Program-made: the position numbers and the translations under genes | In this document: one piece after another, positions 59,459 to 64,000 of the stretch | Numbering within the stretch: the first letter of the stretch is position 1 | Layout of the letters: the number at the start of each line of letters is the position of its first letter | The notes under the pieces: generated by a model | Seen by the model: only the letters and a program-made list of their open reading frames with translations | What the model was told of the DNA's origin: nothing | Database searches by the model: none | Source: a virus | Reading direction: 5' to 3' (one strand) | Length of the DNA: 64,000 nt | Virus record (IMG/VR): IMGVR_UViG_3300043399_000788 | Span: 15,302-79,301 of that record

Positions 59459-59487
59459 ATTATACGCAAAACTTTAGTAAAGGTAAA
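59459..59487 (-). promoter_or_regulatory. Putative sigma70 promoter TTTACC-17-TATAAT, predicted leaderless
   Basis: Minus-strand TATAAT at 59464-59459, 6 nt before ATG 59452; TTTACC at 59487-59482. Confidence 0.55.
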
Positions 59488-59491
59488 TTTA

Positions 59492-60070
59492 ATGTTACCA
59501 AGCAATATTGAATTCATACATATACCAAGAACAGGCGGCACAACAGTTCTTACGCATTTAAGTGAACTTGATTCGGTTAAGTTTAACATAGATCGTCCTC
59601 ACGTTACTGCCAATCAAATGTTGGCAATGGATTCAAATTTCCGTAAGAAATATTCATTCTCTTACATACGCAATCCATTTCAACGTCTAGTAAGTATATG
59701 GCAATATGAATTAAAACGTGCATTAGGATCAAAAGATCCAGACTTTGCTAAATTAAATGATTTTAATGAATGGTTGAAGTATTACGCCAGCAACTTAGAT
59801 TGGGGTCGAAGCTTTATGGTATTGCCCCAATGGTTTTGGATTAGCGATTGGACAAACTCAATTGAAATAACTGAAATTTATCGTTACGAAGATTATGATT
59901 ATTGGTTAGAGCATCTCGAGAAGAAAATTAATTACACTTTTAATAAAACAGTAATTGCTAACAGAAGTATGAAACAGTACAATTACAAAGACATAACTAC
60001 ACAAGAGTCAAGAAAAATAATGGTTGATTTATGTTATGCCGACTGCGATAGATTTGGTTATAGGTGGTAA
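59492..60070 (+). CDS. Sulfotransferase family 2-like protein
   Basis: 5'-PSB motif FIHIPRTGGTT and 3'-PB motif IRNPFQRLVS; C-terminal Y..D..RFGY. Confidence 0.8.
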   Translation: MLPSNIEFIHIPRTGGTTVLTHLSELDSVKFNIDRPHVTANQMLAMDSNFRKKYSFSYIRNPFQRLVSIWQYELKRALGSKDPDFAKLNDFNEWLKYYASNLDWGRSFMVLPQWFWISDWTNSIEITEIYRYEDYDYWLEHLEKKINYTFNKTVIANRSMKQYNYKDITTQESRKIMVDLCYADCDRFGYRW

Positions 60071-61201
60071 ATGCAAGTTCCTTTATATAGACACAATTTA
60101 ATAAACGAAGATACAGAAGCATTAGGTAAAAAGTTTGGTGAAATGCTTTCAGGTATGATGATCAGTACTGGTCCAGTTAACAAAGAAGTAAGTGAAAAGT
60201 TTGCAGCATACATGGAACGCAAGCATTGTTTGCTAACATCAAGTTGGAGTGGCGGAATGCAAGCAACTCTTTTAGCATTAGGAATTAAACCAAATGATGA
60301 AGTTATTATTCCTGCGATGACATTTGCGGCTACTGCAAATATTATAGAAGTATTAGGTGCAAAACCTGTGCTTGTTGATATTAAAGAAGATACAAAATTG
60401 ATTGATTTTACTAAAATAGTACCAGCAATTACTGAAAGAACAAAAGCAGTAATACCTGTGCATTTGTATGGTCAAATGGTAGATATGAAAAAGTTAAGAG
60501 AGTTAATACCATCGCATATTCATATTATTGAAGATGCTGCACATGCAATTGAATCTATGTATAATGGTTATCGCCCAGGAACATATTCAAATGCAGCAGT
60601 TTTTAGCTTTTATCAAAGCAAAAATATGACTACAGGTGAAGGTGGTGCAATAGTTACAGATGATGAAAAACTATACAACAAAATCAAATTAACATACAGA
60701 CACGGTGTAGATTTATGTGGTTATCAAAGGCACATTAGAGAAGAGTTTATCGCACCAGATGTTGTAACAGCAGGCATTAAAGCTAACATGCCAGATATTC
60801 TTGCAATAATGCTTCCTCCTCAAATTGAAAGAGCAGAGCAGAACTTACATCGTAGACAGGAGATTGCTAAGCGTTATATGAGAGAACTAAATGGCTTAGT
60901 TTCTTTTCCAGTAATTGATCCGCTAGCTAAAACTGCATGGCATATTTTTGCTATTGGGGTTGATCCAAACAAGCGTGAAAAGGCGTTGGTTTATCTTTAT
61001 AACAACGGAGTGCGTACAACTATTCACTTTAAGTCGATGCACATGACTAGCTATTATAACAGTAAGTACGGATATTATCCAACAGATTTTCCCAATGCAT
61101 ATTATTGGGGAGAAAGTGTTTTTAGCTTACCTATATTCCCTGGGTTGACAGAAGAAGAACAAACTCACGTTATTGAACAAGTTAAATTGTCGCTCGCTTA
61201 A
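60071..61201 (+). CDS. DegT/DnrJ/EryC1/StrS PLP-dependent sugar aminotransferase
   Basis: PAMTFAATAN, IPVHLYG, IIEDAAHA, FSFYQSKNMTTGEGG (PLP lysine), SLPIFP. Confidence 0.93.
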   Translation: MQVPLYRHNLINEDTEALGKKFGEMLSGMMISTGPVNKEVSEKFAAYMERKHCLLTSSWSGGMQATLLALGIKPNDEVIIPAMTFAATANIIEVLGAKPVLVDIKEDTKLIDFTKIVPAITERTKAVIPVHLYGQMVDMKKLRELIPSHIHIIEDAAHAIESMYNGYRPGTYSNAAVFSFYQSKNMTTGEGGAIVTDDEKLYNKIKLTYRHGVDLCGYQRHIREEFIAPDVVTAGIKANMPDILAIMLPPQIERAEQNLHRRQEIAKRYMRELNGLVSFPVIDPLAKTAWHIFAIGVDPNKREKALVYLYNNGVRTTIHFKSMHMTSYYNSKYGYYPTDFPNAYYWGESVFSLPIFPGLTEEEQTHVIEQVKLSLA

Positions 61202-62594
61202 TTAAGCGTTGTGACCAATCAACACCAAAGACGCGGTCACTTTTGATCTGATCAAGTAATAGAGTAGCCGCGTTATCAAAACTATCGATGTATTCTAAAT
61301 CTTTTTGTGTATAGCTGTATAATTTGTCACTTTCAACATGATTTTGTACAACAGTGGCTAAATCGTTTTCACCAACACGACCAATAATATACTTATCAGC
61401 TCCTTCTTTTCCTAAGTAAGCTGTGCCATGATACACATAAGCATCACCTAAACTGTCCACTTGTAAACTTAATTGCGGGAAACCTTTGCCATCCATAATA
61501 GTATATGGTGTACGCATAATATTACCAAAATCTGTGTAGCCAGTTAGCAATGGCGTCAGTGCATATCCATAATCAATTTTAGTATTAAGGTTGCCTGCTT
61601 TCTGTTCTTCCTTAATCCAATCAAATATTTGAATAAGCTTGAGTCTATCCTCAGACGTAAGTCCTGTTTGCTCTGGGCTATAATCTTCTCTTAATGTTAG
61701 AAAGTCAATTGACCGCCCAGCTTCTCTTCCGGTGTCACGGATCACTTCAATAAGTGTCTTAACGCAGTCAGCAAGCCCCGGTAAGATAATCCAGTTAATT
61801 CCAATCTTCATGGAACTATCACGTTCTTTTGCAGCTCTGAGGAAATCTACAATGTTTTGACGCACAATGCTAAAGCTGTTTAGCTTTTGTGTAGTTGCAA
61901 GGTAACTTGCATCATCAATACCATACATACTAACACGTAGCGCATGTAAGTCCCAAATACCTGGATTTTTAGCAACCCATGTCTTTGTGAGATTATGTCC
62001 GTTAGTATAAATTTGCATTCTAAAACCACGCTCTTTTGCATAGCTAATAAGCGCAGGTACATGTGGATTAGTAAGTGGTTCATGCCCACCACTAATACGA
62101 AAACGATCTGGCCAATCTAATGTGTCCTTTGGATCTTCATCAATTAGTCGCTTAAACACATTAAACCCATGATCAGCTTGTTCGCGTGTATAGTTTGCAT
62201 AATAGTTACGTGGGCAGAAGTGGCAGTAGAACATGCAACTAAGACCAGGATGCAAACCAATACGGTTAGGGTAAGCGTACACATTGTTTAATGCAGACTT
62301 AAAATGATGGCTGCTGCAAAGTGGAATGATTGTGTTTAACCAATAAGCACTGCTCGGTGCATACTCTGTAATAAGAGTTTGTACAGCTTCGTTTTCACGT
62401 AGCTGCATATTGATCTTTAGTAGTTCATCTTTTGTTAGGTTATACTTCTTTGCAAGTGTTTCTTGCTTTGTAAATGGATCAAGACAAAAGTCAATTACAA
62501 TATCCTTTGCAACACCATCTAATCCAATTAACCCAACTGTATCTTCAAAGCGATCAAGTAATCTAACTCTATCAAAACTATATCCAACTCGCAT
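61182..62594 (-). CDS. desII: Second DesII/EryCV-like radical SAM deaminase (470 aa)
   Basis: IGLHPGLSCMFYCHFC, SGGHEPLTNP, PGIWDLHALRVSMYG, TLREDYS, IDYGYAL, QVDSLGDAY. Start placed at ATG 62594 with AAGG SD. Confidence 0.85.
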   Translation of the reverse strand: MRVGYSFDRVRLLDRFEDTVGLIGLDGVAKDIVIDFCLDPFTKQETLAKKYNLTKDELLKINMQLRENEAVQTLITEYAPSSAYWLNTIIPLCSSHHFKSALNNVYAYPNRIGLHPGLSCMFYCHFCPRNYYANYTREQADHGFNVFKRLIDEDPKDTLDWPDRFRISGGHEPLTNPHVPALISYAKERGFRMQIYTNGHNLTKTWVAKNPGIWDLHALRVSMYGIDDASYLATTQKLNSFSIVRQNIVDFLRAAKERDSSMKIGINWIILPGLADCVKTLIEVIRDTGREAGRSIDFLTLREDYSPEQTGLTSEDRLKLIQIFDWIKEEQKAGNLNTKIDYGYALTPLLTGYTDFGNIMRTPYTIMDGKGFPQLSLQVDSLGDAYVYHGTAYLGKEGADKYIIGRVGENDLATVVQNHVESDKLYSYTQKDLEYIDSFDNAATLLLDQIKSDRVFGVDWSQRLIKRATI

Positions 62595-62630
62595 GTGCTT
62601 ACCTTTTATTATATGTGTATATATACTTGT

Positions 62631-63461
62631 ATGAAACCAGTGGCAATTACATTTGTTGATGCAAAGTTTGAACAACTAGCCAAAGAACAAAAAACAAACT
62701 TCAATAACTTTAACATAAAGCACGTAACCATTCCAATAAAAAATCAAAAATATAATATATTCCTTTGGATAGATTTATTAGATGAAACAATTGCAGCAAT
62801 TAAAACTTACGGAAAAGTATTTCGAGTTGATAGTGAAATACGTATACATCAACTATTACCGCAAGAATGGGAAGAGAATGAAAATGTTTTGTTCTTCATT
62901 GAACCAATTGTTCGCAGTCCTTGGTATATTGCTATTAACACCGGACACATGATTTTAAGTGAAAGTGCAATACCATTTCTACAATGTTTAAAGGAAATGA
63001 CGTTAGCATTAGTTCCCCCAAACTATAAAAATGAAAAGCTAGGATTTGATGACGAAGATTTAACAGCACCTGCCCTTGCTGTTACTAAAATACCATATCA
63101 TAAAGAAGTTATTAATTATGAACGTTGTGATGAGTCCATTTCACGTTGTACAAGAGGATATTGGTATACTAAGCATACAGTTATTACTCATCCATTTATC
63201 CATAATTGGAATACACCTAATCACGGATTAGACGATCGTATGATATTTAGGAATCATTTTATTCCAAATCAATCTGTAAAAATCGTAGATGCAGTGTTAC
63301 TTGGATTGCGTAATAAAACTAATAATGAAAATTATTGGAACAAACTTGGATTTCAAAAGTATGGAGTATATTGGAAGAAGGATGAATGGTTAGTTCATCC
63401 TTCTACAGGCTCATATTCACATACTGCGTATGATAGCTTTAAACAGCCATTTCAGCCTTAA
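62631..63461 (+). CDS. Hypothetical protein, possibly GT-A nucleotide-diphospho-sugar transferase-like
   Basis: VFRVDSE, INTGH and DDED motifs loosely resemble GT-A; probable start MKPVAITF at 62631. Confidence 0.4.
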   Translation: MKPVAITFVDAKFEQLAKEQKTNFNNFNIKHVTIPIKNQKYNIFLWIDLLDETIAAIKTYGKVFRVDSEIRIHQLLPQEWEENENVLFFIEPIVRSPWYIAINTGHMILSESAIPFLQCLKEMTLALVPPNYKNEKLGFDDEDLTAPALAVTKIPYHKEVINYERCDESISRCTRGYWYTKHTVITHPFIHNWNTPNHGLDDRMIFRNHFIPNQSVKIVDAVLLGLRNKTNNENYWNKLGFQKYGVYWKKDEWLVHPSTGSYSHTAYDSFKQPFQP

Positions 63462-64000
63462 TAGCGTCGTGAGGATCATACCCAATTAGTTTGAAGTCAT
63501 CAACTTCATATTCACCTAATTTACGATCCTCACGAATACTCAGCACTGGCAGCGCTCGTGTGGTACGGCTCAGTTGTTGCTTTACAGCATCTACGTGATT
63601 AGCGTAGATATGACAATCACCTCCACTCCAGATAAATTCACCGACTCCCAAGTTGCATTCCCGTGCGAGTATATGCGTCAACAAGCTGTAACTTGCAATG
63701 TTAAAAGGAACGCCAAGAAACATGTCACAGCTACGCTGGTGCATCAAACAGCTTAATTTATTTTTAGCAACATAGAACTGTGCAAACATATGACAAGGTG
63801 GCAATGCCATCTGATCTAGTTCACCAGGATTCCATGCTGTTAGAATATGTCTACGACTATTAGGGTCATTCTTCAACCCATCAATTAGTTTTTCTACTTG
63901 GTCAACAGTTTCCCAACTGTTTTTTGGTTTACGCCAAAAACGCCATTGTACACCATATACACGACCAAGGTCACCTTCATAACGTGCCTTAGGTTTCCAG
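63439..64000 (-). CDS. thyA: Thymidylate synthase (5' end outside the window)
   Basis: GDLGRVYGVQWR, DPNSRR, MALPPCH, QRSCDMFLGVPFNIASY, GDCHIYANH, C-terminal MAV. Confidence 0.95.
   Translation of the reverse strand, partial: WKPKARYEGDLGRVYGVQWRFWRKPKNSWETVDQVEKLIDGLKNDPNSRRHILTAWNPGELDQMALPPCHMFAQFYVAKNKLSCLMHQRSCDMFLGVPFNIASYSLLTHILARECNLGVGEFIWSGGDCHIYANHVDAVKQQLSRTTRALPVLSIREDRKLGEYEVDDFKLIGYDPHDAIKAEMAV

Noticed and set aside
63439-64000. thyA as a dCMP/dUMP hydroxymethylase feeding DNA glycosylation
   Set aside because: It keeps the canonical ThyA motifs, including the dUMP-specifying Asn (VPFNIASY) and the MAV terminus, so it looks like an ordinary thymidylate synthase.
1-64000. 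Stop-codon recoding (code 15 or 4) as in some jumbo phages
   Set aside because: Code 11 gives near-complete coding density, including a 14-kb ORF, and TGA and TAG act as normal stops.
1-64000. tRNA, rRNA, introns, inteins or homing endonucleases
   Set aside because: Intergenic gaps are under ~75 bp, and no such motifs or interrupted conserved genes were recognised.

Overview
This 64-kb window is from an AT-rich, large T4-superfamily (Rak2/GAP32-like jumbo) myophage genome in genetic code 11. It has three parts. (1) 1-3460, minus strand: gp46/gp47 (Rad50/Mre11-like) recombination nuclease genes and a gp55-like late sigma factor. (2) 3533-41612, plus strand: a late-expressed baseplate and tail-fibre module containing tube-initiator-, gp53-, gp27-, gp5-, gp25- and gp6-like genes, a 4783-aa giant virion protein, two highly repetitive ~1600-aa fibres and further fibre proteins. 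Several of these genes are preceded by an AATAAATA late-promoter box. (3) 41655-63461: a ~22-kb biosynthetic island directly after the fibre genes. It encodes about six glycosyltransferase-like proteins, six radical SAM enzymes with an N-terminal Twitch/SPASM-like domain, a cobalamin-type radical SAM enzyme, two DesII-like radical SAM deaminases, a DegT-family aminotransferase and a sulfotransferase, and is followed by thyA. The most notable candidate system is this phage-encoded radical-SAM/deoxy-amino-sugar decoration pathway, whose hypothesised target is the virion fibres. Other signals include recurrent leaderless promoter-ATG arrangements, promoter-embedded hairpins and an A11 slippery site. 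All family assignments come from motifs recognised by eye, not from database searches.
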